A stretch of 63,923 nucleotides of DNA, the filler included, from Octopus bimaculoides (taxonomy: Eukaryota), in NCBI RefSeq assembly GCF_001194135.2. It is 6 parts of 5 records of this genome, joined end to end, with 100 filler letters (N's around TTAATTAATTAA, not from the genome) between each part and the next. Parts side by side here need not be neighbours in the genome. Positions count along the whole stretch, not along the records: positions 19,892 to 32,766 come from NC_068991.1; positions 32,867 to 52,760 come from NC_068984.1; 4 more parts are not named here. The stretch is one strand, 5' to 3'. This document shows, piece after piece, positions 22,345 through 35,412 of this stretch. The translations under genes were made by a program, and so were the position numbers. Position 1 is the stretch's first letter. Every line of letters starts with the position of its first letter. The notes beneath the pieces are model-generated. The model did not search any database. It saw only the letters and a list, made by a program, of their open reading frames with translations, and had not been told where the DNA came from.

Positions 22345-24930
22345 TACTACCAGCTAAGCCCGGTTTCTCAACCTTACCATTTTGGATCCCCTGTTTCGAT
22401 TGGAGCCTCCAGCTGTATGAAAATTTCTTGACCCCTCCACTTGTTAGAAAACAGCTTCAGGAGTTGTGAAGAACGAATTTGTACGTAGTCTGTTCTGAGA
22501 GCTATTCTATTGGACCTCTAATCATTAAAACATTGGGCGATCTTTCGATACGGGAACACATGACTGTCACTTACAAATAACTAATAAAGTACGTGTTTAT
22601 TTAGATTTTTGAAGATGAACGTCAGTTTCCGTAAAAAATTATTATTTTTTTAATATGGGGTTGGGTGGAAAGGGGATCTTTTGAAGTCGGCGTGAAAGCG
22701 AGACAGAGAGAGCGCGATTGTATGAGTGAACTTTGGCGTGAAGCGGAAGAATTGATGTGTATGCGTACGTTTGTGTGTGAGAGAGAGAATGTGTGTGTGA
22801 GAGAGGGAAAGTGTGTGTGTGTTTGATAGGGTGTGTGAGACAGAATGTGTGGTGTGAATTGCTTTTGTTATTGTGTGTGAGAGACAGAGAAAGTAATGTT
22901 GCTGGTGTTTGTGTGTATGTGTGTGTGCGTGTGTGAGAGAGAGAGTGAGAGAGAGAAAGAAAGAGACAGAGATAACTGAAAATTTTATTCACTTTTTGCA
23001 GTGAGTAAAAGTTTGAGTGATTGACAGAGAAAAAGCGAGAGAGAGTGAGGTTATGTATATATGTATGGCTTCAGTCACACACACACACACGCACACGCAT
23101 GCACACGCACGCAGGTTGTTATGTATGTATGTATGTATACATAGATGTATGTAACTATGTATGGCCGAGAGAGAGTTAACTGAAATTTTGTTATTCACTT
23201 TTTGTAGTGAGTGAATGTATGATTGACTGACTGAGAAAAGGAGAGGTTATGTATGTATGTATGTATGTATGTATGGCTTTGGCTGAGTGTCATCCTGTAC
23301 TCCCCTTGTTGCTAGCGAAATGGTATATGCCGGCTATCTGAGCAACTGGTTGTTTTAATGCCGGGGAAATTCCATTAGAAAAGTTTTAATCGATTTTCTC
23401 GCTAACTATGGGGGCTAGAAAAAAAATACAAACCGCATTCCGATCTATGCACCTGTCTCCACATGTGTGCCAGTTTTCACGCGAATCCACCCAGCCATTT
23501 GGCTGTGAACCTCAAGGCAAGAAAGAATACAACAACCGTCCATGTTCAATTTATATTGTAGAGAAGACTAGCAGCTAAGTCCGGTTTCACCCGGTCTGTT
23601 TGGTTGATGTGGCTGTGATCGTTTCGGTTAAGCATAATCTATAACAGCGTTTCTTAACCTTATCATTTCGGGTCCCCTGTTTCGATTGGAGCCTCCAGCT
23701 GTATGAAAATTTCCTGGTTCCCCAGGAGCCAGGAAACAGCTTCAGGAGTTGTGAAGAACGGATTTGTACATAGTCTGTTTCTGAGAGCTATTCTATTGGA
23801 CCTCTGTCTAATCATTAAAACACTGATTTAATTATGAACATAGAAAGAAATTATACATTAATCCCTATTTTGTAAGCAGTTGTATCCGTAAAAATTTTAT
23901 TTGCAGAGAGTAGAAATTGNNNNNNNNNNNNNNNNNNNNNNNNNNNNNNNNNNNNNNNNNNNNNNNNNNNNNNNNNNNNNNNNNNNNNNNNNNNNNNNNN
24001 NNNNNNNNNNNNNNNNNNNNNNNNNNNNNNNNNNNNNNNNNNNNNNNNNNNNNNNNNNNNNNNNNNNNNNNNNNNNNNNNNNNNNNNNNNNNNNNNNNNN
24101 NNNNNNNNNNNNNNNNNNNNNNNNNNNNNNNNNNNNNNNNNNNNNNNNNNNNNNNNNNNNNNNNNNNNNNNNNNNNNNNNNTGTATGTGTTTACAATACT
24201 TGATTTATGGAAAAGATTAAATTTTTGAAATGCAAATATGTGAATGAAAATTAAGTTCAGAACTCTACATGGTAGCTAGACCTGCTAGAAATAGCAGCCA
24301 AATCTTCCTCAAAACACCCTACTGTCTTAATCCGACAACTCTGCCTATTATGTAGTTTGAATGAGAAACTGTAAGTAAAGATTAAGATTATTAACGCCAC
24401 AAAGAGGTGAAAGAAGAGCGACAGCATAGCGAAAGTTTTGGCAGACTGTGATCCTGTACTCCCCTTGTTGCTAGCGAAATGGTATATGCCGGCTGTGTGA
24501 TACCTGAAGATTAAAATGTAAGAGCTATTGTTTTCGACGCGTGTATAATCATAGAGAAAGTGAAAGACATGAAATGTCCGTTTGCGTGTGTATGTGTGAG
24601 TATTTTTGGCGGGATTTTTGCATTTAGCAGGAGTTTGTTTGCTTTATCTGTCGATCAATGACCGGACAAGTGTATAGGGAAGGCGATCTTTTGAAGTTGC
24701 CGGCGAATGAAGATACATGGCGAGTTTTATGACTGAACTTCTTTTGAAGTTGTGGTGAGAGGGGAGAATTGATGTGCGTGTGTATGTCTGTGTGTGTGTG
24801 AGTGTGTATCTTTGATGGGGTGTGCGCGACAGAGTATATGTATATATGTATGAATGGCTTCAGTGACACACTCACATACACGCACGCAGGTTGTTTTAAT
24901 CGATTTTCTCTGTAAGTATAGGGTCTAGGA
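22345..24930 (+). mobile_element. Tandem HINE/Helentron-like non-autonomous elements
   Basis: Two starts, ACTACCAGCTAAGCCCGG (about 22345) and ACTAGCAGCTAAGTCCGG (about 23568), share a 200-bp block. Internal blocks recur at 22680/24685 and 23291/24450. Confidence 0.6.
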
Positions 24931-25120
24931 AAAAAAATNNNNNNNNNNNNNNNNNNNNNNNNNNNNNNNNNNNNNNNNNNNNNNNNNNNNNNNNNNNNNN
25001 NNNNNNNNNNNNNNNNNNNNNNNNNNNNNNNNNNNNNNNNNNNNNNNNNNNNNNNNNNNNNNNNNNNNNNNNNNNNNNNNNNNNNNNNNNNNNNNNNNNN
25101 NNNNNNNNNNNNNNNNNNNN

Positions 25121-25959
25121 TTAATTTCGAGCATGTGCATTGTTTGTTTTTTATTTTGTCGACAACACATTATTGTAGGGTCAGCTGGACACCGTCGGCG
25201 AGTAAAACAGCACCATGACGCAATTCACTAGGCTAGAAACGTGGAAACGACATGCTGTACTGCTTGGCATTCGCGCCGGAAGGTCCAATACGAACATTTC
25301 AGAGTGTTTGGGTGTCAATCTGAGGACATGTACCGAGAGTGATAAAAATCAAACATCCAGTCAACATCATGGTGTTTGGAGTGAACTAGTGATGGTAACA
25401 TTATACCTCCATCCATCTTCTCACACAGCATCACAATCAACACGGAGTCCCTCATCAAGTGCCTGGAGGTGATAGTGCTGCCCTGGATCAAGAGGGTGGC
25501 TGTTGAAAGACCCTATGTCTGGCAACAGGACTCTGCACTATGCCACACAAGCAGAAGAACCCAGTCATAGCTGTCAGACAATTTCTGCAATCACATCACC
25601 CTTAACATCTGGTCATCTAACTCCCCAGACTGCAACTCCCTTCATTATTATGTGTGGGTGGCAGTTGAACGAGGGATCAACAAAATTTCTTTGTAACATC
25701 AAAGGTGAACTGAAGGCAAGGATTATGGCAGCATTCACCAACTTAAACAAGGAGATCGTCCAGAAGAGTCGCAGGAAATTCCGAAGTCGTCTGAAAGCCG
25801 TAATTGAGGCCAATAGCGATTTTATTGAATAGATTTACTATTTAGCATTTCAAGATATTTTTTTATCTAATTTTGGTAAATATATCTGTTAAAATGAGAT
25901 GTCAGTGTTATTTTTATTTTTGCCTTAATTTAGACGACAGTTTATTCACTGCAACCAGT
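25121..25959 (+). mobile_element. Internally deleted maT (DD37D) Tc1/mariner element
   Basis: Colinear with 60989-62465 but missing about 430 bp. It retains QDSA...SPDCNSLHYYVW...KARIMAAFTNLNKE...IEANSDFIE*. Confidence 0.85.
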
Positions 25960-26104
25960 ATATACACACACAAACATACATACATACTTACATACATACA
26001 TACATACATACGTGCGTGCGTGTGTGTGTGTGTGTGTGTGTGTGTTTGTGTGATTAAATATGACTGAGTATTAGAATACCTACACTGCTAGAAATAAATG
26101 TGTG

Positions 26105-26943
26105 GTCTGATCAATAAGTATCCGGACTGTTGCCATACTAACGAAACTGAAGCACACAGACTGATGCCGCATGGGGCACAGATTGACCTTGAACTCTGCT
26201 GTGCATGCGCTCTAAGCTTTAACGTTCTATCTCACTTCCGCTGTTTACAACAGTGTTTGGAAGGAAGATGTGTAGCGTGTGATTGTCGCACTGACCATGA
26301 TTGAGAAAGTTGAGCAGAGAATCTGCATCAAATTTTGGACAAAGCTTGGCGATACCTGCTCAGAGGCCTACGCAAAGTTTTCAGAAAGTTTTCATCGTTC
26401 TTGACACAATCAAGGAGATCTTGTGCAACTAAAACCCGAGTGCCGTTTTGGTTAGCTGAAAACAGTTTTGGCACAAACTTGGCAGACACGCGTCGCATAC
26501 CCAAATCTTCAGTGATAATGGACTGAACTGAATCGCAATTTATCTGCACATCCTCTGATANNNNNNNNNNGATAATGGACTGAACTGAATCGCAATTTAT
26601 CTGCACATCCTCTGATAACTCATGGATGGGGATTCGACGATTTCCCCTCACAGCTGCACGCACATCTGCGATGTTGTTTTTTCATTTCCGCTGGTTGCAG
26701 GTTTCCCAAAACGTTCGTGACTATCGACATTCTTTCGAACCACTCACATACTTTGTGCAGCTCATACACTCCTCTCCATACTTTCTACAACTTTGCCTAG
26801 GCCTCTGAGCAGGTATCGTCTTGACAACTTTCTCTGTCATGGTCAATACGACGATCACACGCAACACAGGTTCATCCCAAGCACTGCTGTAAACAGCAAA
26901 AATGAGCTAGAATGGCAGCAGTCAGGATACTTATTGATCAAAC
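26105..26943. mobile_element. Two mariner 5' halves in inverted orientation
   Basis: Plus strand: end sequence and MIEKVEQRICIKF. Minus strand: a homologous end sequence and RRIPIHELSEDV...TEDLGMRRVSAKFVPKL. The 30-bp terminal inverted match is 26105-26134 with 26914-26943. Confidence 0.75.
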
Positions 26944-27043
26944 NNNNNNNNNNNNNNNNNNNNNNNNNNNNNNNNNNNNNNNNNNNNNNNNNNNNNNNNN
27001 NNNNNNNNNNNNNNNNNNNNNNNNNNNNNNNNNNNNNNNNNNN

Positions 27044-27080
<37 letters not shown>

Positions 27081-27899
27081 AAGAAGGAGGGAGTGAGTGA
27101 GATAGAGATAGAGATAGATAATAGAGAAAGAGAGAGAGGTGTGTATGTATGTGTGTGTGTGTATATTCACTTCTGACTTGTTGTGTATCGAAAATCGTTT
27201 TCAAAGATGATAGACATTGGTGTAATCATCACGGCGACTGAAGTTTGTACTTCTTTATAACGATAAATATTCTTAACCTCTTATTTGATCAAGATTAACC
27301 GTAAGTAAATTATTGATTGATATACTTCTTCATCGTATTTTTAGTTTTTAGATTTAAAACTACCAAGCGCTTCAGATGATTTTTAAAAGTTCAATTACGA
27401 ACCGTTTTAGCTTTGTCACGACACAGCTGTAGGTTTTTGTCGTCACTGTAAACTGTATTGTTTATCTTTTATCTTTCAATTGTTCCAGTCATTAGCCTAC
27501 GCCTTGAAGAATTTTTAGTCGAACGAAATCGAATTCCAGTGCTTATTTTCTTTTTAAAACTTAGCATTTACTCAATTACCCCCCTTTTGCCGAACCGCTA
27601 GATGACAGGGACGCAAACACTAAAAGTTTTATTCTCAGACTGACTACTTACATTGCACATTTCATGCGCATTTATTGTACGTTAGTTTTCATTGACTGGT
27701 TTCCGCTAGGTATTTTCTTTTCGAATGTTTGCAGTCATTTTTGCACTTTTCTATATTTTTTGTAAAAAAAAATACAACGTTCATATAAATATGCATACAT
27801 GGTTATACTCATTTACACACATGCACCACAGTATTATGCCTTTATTGATTTGTTTTCTAATGCCTGTACTTGCTCACCTCTTTTTCTGACTCAACCTGT

Positions 27900-28480
27900 G
27901 TTGAATGGATGTCACGTCTATTAATCAGTTGAGAAAAATTTACTCTAATAAAGGAAAAATATGTAATGACCATCATTTACAACTTGTCTTATATATCACT
28001 CTGTGTGAAAACCAGTCTGAACAAAGCCAAACTACGGGTTTACAATATAAAACTGTGATGTATCATAACCTCAGACCCTGCCGTAAGAATACTTGGAGCT
28101 ATTCACTAATCTAAACAATATTGTTAGTCCGGTGTGTCAACAGAAAGCCTATGAAGTATTTTGCTCAGATTGATAATCCCTCATTATAATTCTATAAGGA
28201 ATTTAATATACGCTCTCAAATGTCAAGGATGTAATGAAGATTACATAAGTCAAACAAAGCCTACTATAAGAAATAGACTGACCATTCACCGACAGCAAAT
28301 ACGAGACCACAGTACTACACAGATTCCACTGATTGTTCACATAGACATATATGCCAAAAAAATAAGCCTCCCAAATTCCAGGTCTTTCCACTCTACCCAT
28401 GATCAGTGAATATCACAGATGAAGCACGGATAAACAAAGAAAATACTTTCATACAAAAGTACAAACCAAACTTAACAAAC
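27900..28480 (+). mobile_element. Penelope-like GIY-YIG endonuclease relic
   Basis: NLIYALKCQGCNEDYISQT...RNRLTIHRQQIRD...HID, a GIY-YIG pattern typical of PLEs. Confidence 0.75.
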
Positions 28481-29002
28481 CTTAACAGAGTAGATTCACA
28501 AATAACTATTCACATACAAAACTCATTCTTCTACTTAACATGAGGAAATAACAATCTAAACTTTAGTCACTGAATTACATACAAACGACTCCTGTCCACT
28601 CTACCACCAGGCAGATTAAACAGTCTTCTATGTACTATATTGGATACACGGTGTTCGTTTGGTATATTGATTTTCTACTTACTGCTATTATTTTTGACCA
28701 TATTATACTGATGCGTAGAGGTTGTATAATACTACAATAACTACGAAATCATGATCAATTCAGTCTGTTTTTAAGGGGCTGGCTTTCAGAGTTGCATTTC
28801 CTCGCGTTCGGTAAAAATGTGTATTTTATGGTAGTCTGACCTTGGAGTTCCTCATAGCGTGAGGCATTATTGTATAGTAATGACCTTATATAAATAAAAA
28901 TATATATTTTGGGAAATTAATGATGGATTTTTTTCCCTTATGAGGTTTTTTTCACGCTAGCTACTTGATAAATTCTTGTAAAAGAATTCATCCTATTATT
29001 GA

Positions 29003-29038
<36 letters not shown>

Positions 29039-29049
29039 GAAGAATCTAC

Positions 29050-29357
29050 CAGAGTAGATACATGCGCTAATATATGATTGGAGCAATCTCGAGTATAACC
29101 AGCCGAAATTGCAAAGATAATCTGGAACTCGACTGAGGAAAGAAAACTCCGAATGACCCGTCCTTGTTTTCTTTGCATCGTCTGCCTGGATGTTTTGCTG
29201 TCCCTTTTTTGTATCACCTAACTGTCTGGGTGTTTGCGTTCTTGTCCCATTTTTGTATTTTTATATATAAAAATATAGCGGCGTACGTGCACNNNNNNNN
29301 NNNNNNNNNNNNNNNNNNNNNNNNNNNNNNNNNNNNNNNNNNNNNNNNNNNNNNNNN

Positions 29358-29399
<42 letters not shown>

Positions 29400-30115
29400 T
29401 TTGTATGACTATTATTCTTTCTATTCTTTCATTCTTTCCTTCTTTCTATCAGCCCTTTCACACTTATTTCGGTCATTCCACTCTTCATTCTTTCTTTCCC
29501 TCTCACATTTCCTGGCCTTCTCTTCATGCTCACCTTCCCTCCTCTTTCATTTCACTGAGTCCCTTTCATTTTTTCTCGCCCCTCCTTGATTCTTCTATCC
29601 GTCTGCCTCTACCTCTCTCTCTTCTCTCCCCACATGACTGGTGTTCGGCCAGGCCTGACCTTTCTTTCTTGGTTCGACTATTATCCGTGCAACATCTATA
29701 TTCCTCCCTGTACCTGACAAATGTTATGTCCCTGCCGTAAGGCTTTACTTCCACACACGCCAGCTTAATTTAATTCGTCCTTAATCGAAAGACACTCGTT
29801 GTTAATGTCCTGTTATTTGTATTTGTGTACCATTTCTCTGCCTTTTTTCCGTCCTTGTTTACGTATACATTCGCTGCTTTCTTCCAAGGAATCTAGTGCT
29901 TTTAGCTTAGTTTTTCCTTGGGGCTGGCCAGATTAGAGCAATCTCGTGTATAATCAGCCGAAATTGCAACGATAATCTGGAACTCGACTGAGGAAAGGAA
30001 ACTCCGAATTACCCGTCCTTGTCTTCTTTGTATCGTCTGTCTGGGTGTTTTGTTGTCCAGTTTTTGTACCACCTGTCTAGATGTTTTGCGTTCTTGCCCC
30101 ATTTTTGTATTTTAT
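29050..30115 (-). repeat. Interspersed repeat family X, copies 3 and 4
   Basis: 29075-29270 and 29930-30115 are near-identical to each other and are reverse complements of 21995-22240. Confidence 0.75.
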
Positions 30116-31419
30116 ATATATATATATNNNNNNNNNNNNNNNNNNNNNNNNNNNNNNNNNNNNNNNNNNNNNNNNNNNNNNNNNNNNNNNNNNNNNNNNN
30201 NNNNNNNNNNNNNNNNNNNNNNNNNNNNNNNNNNNNNNNNNNNNNNNNNNNNNNNNNNNNNNNNNNNNNNNNNNNNNNNNNNNNNNNNNNNNNNNNNNNN
30301 NNNNNNNNNNNNNNNNNNNNNNNNNNNNNNNNNNNNNNNNNNNNNNNNNNNNNNNNNNNNNGATGGGTGTAATTGAAATTTTGAAAATGCGCTTTTTGAA
30401 AAATTCTTTTTTCGGAATCGGATCCTCCTTAACCAAAAACGTAGGATTCCGAAAAAAGAAAACAAAAAACCAATATATATCCATTTTACCGGAAGTTATG
30501 ACGGAAAAATCGGATCTTGTGAATTTTACGAAAGTCTTCTCCCCACCCCCAGTGTCGTCAGCGCGCATATTTTTCATATTCGTTTTCCACACACTTGTTA
30601 ACACCCACCAGGATATTTTTTTTTGTTTCCGGGTGAAGGTCTTTATTTGACCCTAAAAATAACTATTCTGGATATGCTCCTTTCAAATTTCTTCAGCTTT
30701 AAGTAACTTGGTGAAAGCTCCAGCTAAATGAAAGTTCTGACTTTCTCTTTCATATGCAAATGTAAATTAAGCATACACACGCATAATATAAACATCAACA
30801 CATACATTTAATGGGTTCACCCATTATCTCCCTTCATGCAAACTTATTAATCATACTTTTTGGAAATTATATTTGCAAGTTACAGAAGAAAAATGATGAT
30901 GATGATGATGATGATGAAAATAATAAACATAATAATGATTCTCCTATATGCTATCATGGTGACGAACATTTGGGGACGGATTTTATGTGGGGGTAATCTG
31001 AAATCTTAGAGGGTAACTTGAAATCACTTTTAAATTACTGCTCGGGTTAATCTGAAAGCGATTTCGAGTTACCTGGGGTGGGGGTAATGTGAATGGGAGG
31101 TAATCCGAAATCGCTATACCGGCACTGTCGCTCACGCATGTGCTCTCTCTCCCTTGTGTGAAGCTTCCTATCTTGAACATGTGAACATGCGCACAACAGC
31201 CAAACACCGTCTCGCTAGAACTATGATGCGTACAGTTCTACACAAAGACTTTTGTATTTTTTTCATAAACAAGGGGCTGGCTACTGAAATTAAGCTTAAA
31301 GATTATATAATGTACAAGTATAAAGAAAGAATTATAGAAAAAAGGACTCATTATATTGAATGTTATTGATAATATCGAGTGGAAATATGGGGTGCTGCAG
31401 TTCCGCAGTTCCTATACAC

Positions 31420-31925
31420 GAGCAGTCAGCGAATTTTTTTTCCTACGAGAGTTCCGGACCCCATTTATGAACTCATCTGTATACAGTTAATCAGCTCAAC
31501 AATCAAACTAATTCATGAGCGCATAACAAGGGAAGGACAATAAGATAAGGTCACTTGGGTAAGGAATAACCATACTTCTTTTCTCTTAATGCTTGTTGTT
31601 CTTGTTCTTGCTTCAACCATGGCTGTCTCTGCTTAGTTATTTGTGTTGTTATTTACTTTGTAAAACAGAAAGGGGAGAGGGTTGCTAGCACATCACCCTT
31701 TACCCACATTTTTCCCATCCACATCTTTACCAAAATTTGATATGTATAGATGCAAATCTATCTAATTTGCAAATCTATCTAACCCATTACTTGTCTCCTA
31801 AAATCAGGAATAACTTCGCGATCCGTCGACTTACAACACCGGTCTTTGTCTTGAGTTTAGTAGGAAAAGTGTGTTTGTTAACTTGACAACAAAGTCAATG
31901 TGAGCTCTGATTGGCTGTATGCAAG
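31420..31925. mobile_element. Non-autonomous DNA element, truncated copy of the 43330-44046 family
   Basis: Colinear with 43480-43985 (GCGAA.TTTTTTTCC.ACGA.AGTT...GGTTGCTAGCACATCACCCT). It is fused at its right end to a HINE-like tail. Confidence 0.7.
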
Positions 31926-33044
31926 GGCCAAAATTTGACACCAATAGAACCTTCCCTGAGTAATGAAACAACCTTCATGCCAAATTTGGTGCAAATTGAT
32001 CCAGCGGTTTGGTCGTGCATAGAGGAAACACACACACACACACACGCACTCACACACACACACACGCACTCTCACACACACTCACACACACACACACACA
32101 CGCACTCTCACACACACACACACATACACACNNNNNNNNNNCACACACACGCACACACACACACACAAGATTTTATATATATATATGTATATATATATTA
32201 CAGCTCTATATTTAAGAGATGAGGAATTATGTACATTATTTACATTTGACGGATATATTATTATTATTGTTATTGTTATTATTCAGGTCACTGCCTGGAA
32301 TCTTGGGGTTAGTAGTCCGCGTTCTTAACCCCTAGATTCTAAGTTCGATTACTGGCAGTGACCTGGATGGTGATAATAATAATAATAATAATAATACAGA
32401 ACACCGGGGAAGTTTAACAGAACACCGGGGAAGTTTAACATGTGAGTACGATAAATCACTGCTCCGAAACTTATCCAAGAACATCGGAAATAAAGACATC
32501 GCATGGAGCCCAAATATAGCTGACAAAGGGTTGGACTATACCCGAGTAAGTAATACTCATTGAAATTTATTCCTATTTTTCCAAATATAATGATGTATTT
32601 TAACTTGATACCTCCACTACCCGAACAGCGATCGTAAAGACACGTGTTACATCAAAATACAGACCATCCCCAAACCCAAACACCATATACAAAAAATAGC
32701 TGACAAAGGGTTGGACTATATCCGAGTAAGTAATACTCATTGAAATTTATCTCTATTTTTACAAATNNNNNNNNNNNNNNNNNNNNNNNNNNNNNNNNNN
32801 NNNNNNNNNNTTAATTAATTAANNNNNNNNNNNNNNNNNNNNNNNNNNNNNNNNNNNNNNNNNNNNACATGTAGGGTGGCGATGAAAGTGGTGGTGGTGG
32901 TGGTGGTGGTGGGCTGATTTAAACGAAGGAATTTCAATTATGGCAGGAGATGAGGAGAGAGGAAGAGAAAAGAGATTTGAGAGACTGTGGGGTGAGCAAG
33001 TTAAATTGTTAAACGCAAGTGTTAGTAATATTAAGTTAAAATAA

Positions 33045-33247
33045 GGCGGCGAGCTGACAGAGAAGTTAGCACGCCGTAGCGGCATCCCGTCCATCTTAAT
33101 GTTCCAAGTTCAAATTCCACCGAGGTCGACTTTGTCTTTCATCCTTTTGGGGTCGATAAAATAAGTACCATTCAAGTACTTGGATCAATTACATCGACCC
33201 TCTCCCACGAAATTTCTGCCCTCGTGCCGAAATTTGAAACCAATATT
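33045..33247 (+). mobile_element. tRNA-derived SINE, family A
   Basis: GGCGGCGAGCTG head, GTTCAAATTCC B-box-like motif and family core. Confidence 0.85.
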
Positions 33248-33879
33248 CAGTTAAAATATAAAAATACGCTTTGTACATTCTATTTAGAACACTGAGTGTC
33301 TTTAACGATAATTATAAACTCTTAGGGTGCTGAAATGACTGGACTGTAGAGCATTAAACCGTTTCAACAATATCTAGTTACGTCCCTTTATAGTTTGAAT
33401 TGAAACAAATCCTACCAGAGTCTACTTAACTTTTCAGCCTTCCGGTCATGTAAAATACCATTTAAATGATGATGGTTTTCCATCAGTTTAAATGGTAGGC
33501 ATTCAGTTGTTCTATCAATTAAGCTGCCTATGTATGAGCTAAATTTACGTACAAGTGTCTACGTACAATTTACGTACAAGTGTCTACAGACACGTGCACC
33601 CTCAATCCTTTGCCTGTCCAAAGCATTTTCATAAGTTTGTCCTAAACGTCCATGCTTGTTTTAAGACTTTTAGTCAGCCGTTGTGTCATACGTTCTGAGT
33701 AATATAAAGCTTTCCTTTCGCCAGTTCCAGGTTACTGTGTTGGCCGAAAAAAAGATTGAGAATGTGTATCGTATATGACGCATGGACGCCAGGGAAATGT
33801 GTCCTCTATATCACGTGATACACAACACAGGCAAAGAGTTTATGTAATTCTTGGTCAGAATGAGAATGACTAAATATGT

Positions 33880-34060
33880 GTCAAGACTGGAATTCTGAGA
33901 CATAGGTACAATCGATTCGCCGGACTTCCTCATCTTTAGCTTGAATCGACCTGAGGCAATGGTAAAGAACACTTGCCAAAGATACCATGCAGTGGAATCG
34001 AACTTGGGACTTTGTGATTACGAGGCGAGCTTCTCATCCACTCAGCTATGGCCTGCACTT
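33880..34060 (-). mobile_element. CORE-type SINE fragment, family B
   Basis: The minus strand has a tRNA-like head and TTTGGCAAGTGTTCTTTACCATTGCCTCAGGTCGA, matching the family at 56452. Confidence 0.6.
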
Positions 34061-34464
34061 ATACTATGAATATACTCGAGTCTACTTAATCGACTAACAA
34101 TACCCTGTGTGCGTATGTATGAACATATTTACACTTACAACACTTAGCAGCAGGTGCTGATTGCTTCTGTACAGTGAGCTGACGGTCCGAGAAATAAATA
34201 TCGTTACACTAGTAACAGATTCAAAAATAAAGAAATGGGTCGATATAACAGACCAAATACTTGATGGCGGTACCATGAAACCCAAAGAATGATATACTTC
34301 AAGCAGTGCATATGTTATAAAGTCATTTCTAAAATATAAAGACATACTTCTAAATATTACGTGCATCATAAAGATATTCCAAAAGCTCTAAGGACATAGC
34401 TCAAAATAGTATACGCACTATATGGAATATATATGAAAATGTTTATATAATATATAGATAATAA

Positions 34465-34712
34465 ATGCGCCCTTTTAAAGCCTAGCCAGGCTCATGGGCC
34501 CGGTTTCCCGGTTTCAATGGCGTATGTGTTCCCCAACTGGACGGGACGCCAGTCCATTACATCGTTACTCATTTTTACCAGCTGAGTGGACTGGAGTAAC
34601 GTGAAATAAAGTGTTTTGCTCAAGTACACAACGCGTCACCCAGTCCAGGAATCGAAACTGCAATCTAACGAACATGGTGCTGACACCCTAACCACTAAGC
34701 CACGCGCCACCA
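34465..34712 (-). mobile_element. tRNA-derived SINE, family C
   Basis: The minus head is GGCGCGTGGCTTAGTGGTTAGGGTG...GTTTCGATTCCTGG, containing A and B boxes. Confidence 0.8.
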
Positions 34713-34826
34713 CATAAAATATATAGGTATAGCCCAAAATAACACAAACATTTCCAAAAACATAAAGACATACTCTTAAATAATAGATTACAAAGTTACT
34801 TCTAAAACATACGGATAGCTCATAGT

Positions 34827-35412
34827 GGATCTATTTTAAAACGGGGGCCACATTTTTCATTAATGTTTTACGTAGTGTTTTTGGTACGGAAAGACTTTCA
34901 AACTTCGTATACTTATCTATTTTGTGTTATAGAACAGAAAAATATTTTTGTATTCGAATTTATTTCATGTAAAAAATTGTCTTATTTCGATAATTTCAAC
35001 CAATCACTGACAAGTATTCAGTTGTTTACATTTACTCCTTTGGCTGATTAAGCGATGTAAAGCGTATTTAATCTCCATACATTCGTTTTATTTGCTTTTT
35101 TCATTTTAAATTTGCTTTAACCCTAACCCTAACCCTAACCCTAACCCTAGGGTTAGGGTTAGGGTTAGGGTTAATTGTTTCAGAATCGTTTGTTTATGTA
35201 GTCGGCACTTAATGTATATCGGCTGAATGGACGTCAGTGATTGGTTGAAATTACAGAAATACGACAACTTTAACATGGAAAAACTTATGGATTTCTTTTT
35301 TTTTTAAGAAGACTAAGAGTAAAAGATGTTTTATATGACACATTCTACCAGTGTTCCAAGTTTCAAAGTGTTTCGTTAATGAAAAATGTGGCCCCCGTTT
35401 TAAAAAAGATCC
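34827..35412. mobile_element. 586-bp MITE with 37-bp TIRs, 8-bp TSD and telomeric-repeat palindrome (Merlin-like)
   Basis: TIRs GGATCT(A/T)TTTTAAAACGGGGGCCACATTTTTCATTAA match at 36 of 37 positions. The TSD CTCATAGT lies at 34819-34826 and 35413-35420. Confidence 0.9.

Noticed and set aside
32399-32441. 21-bp direct repeat, and a 65-bp repeat at about 32515 and 32695
   Set aside because: Only two copies each with no spacer structure. These are ordinary local duplications within repeat debris.
34640-34712. tRNA gene candidates (also 56300-56370 and 63790-63874)
   Set aside because: A and B boxes are present, but the sequences continue into SINE bodies and lack a full cloverleaf. They are SINE heads.
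35118-35173. Ancient telomere-telomere chromosome fusion site
   Set aside because: The orientation is (CCCTAA)n then (TTAGGG)n, the reverse of a fusion scar, and the repeats lie inside a TIR/TSD-bounded MITE.
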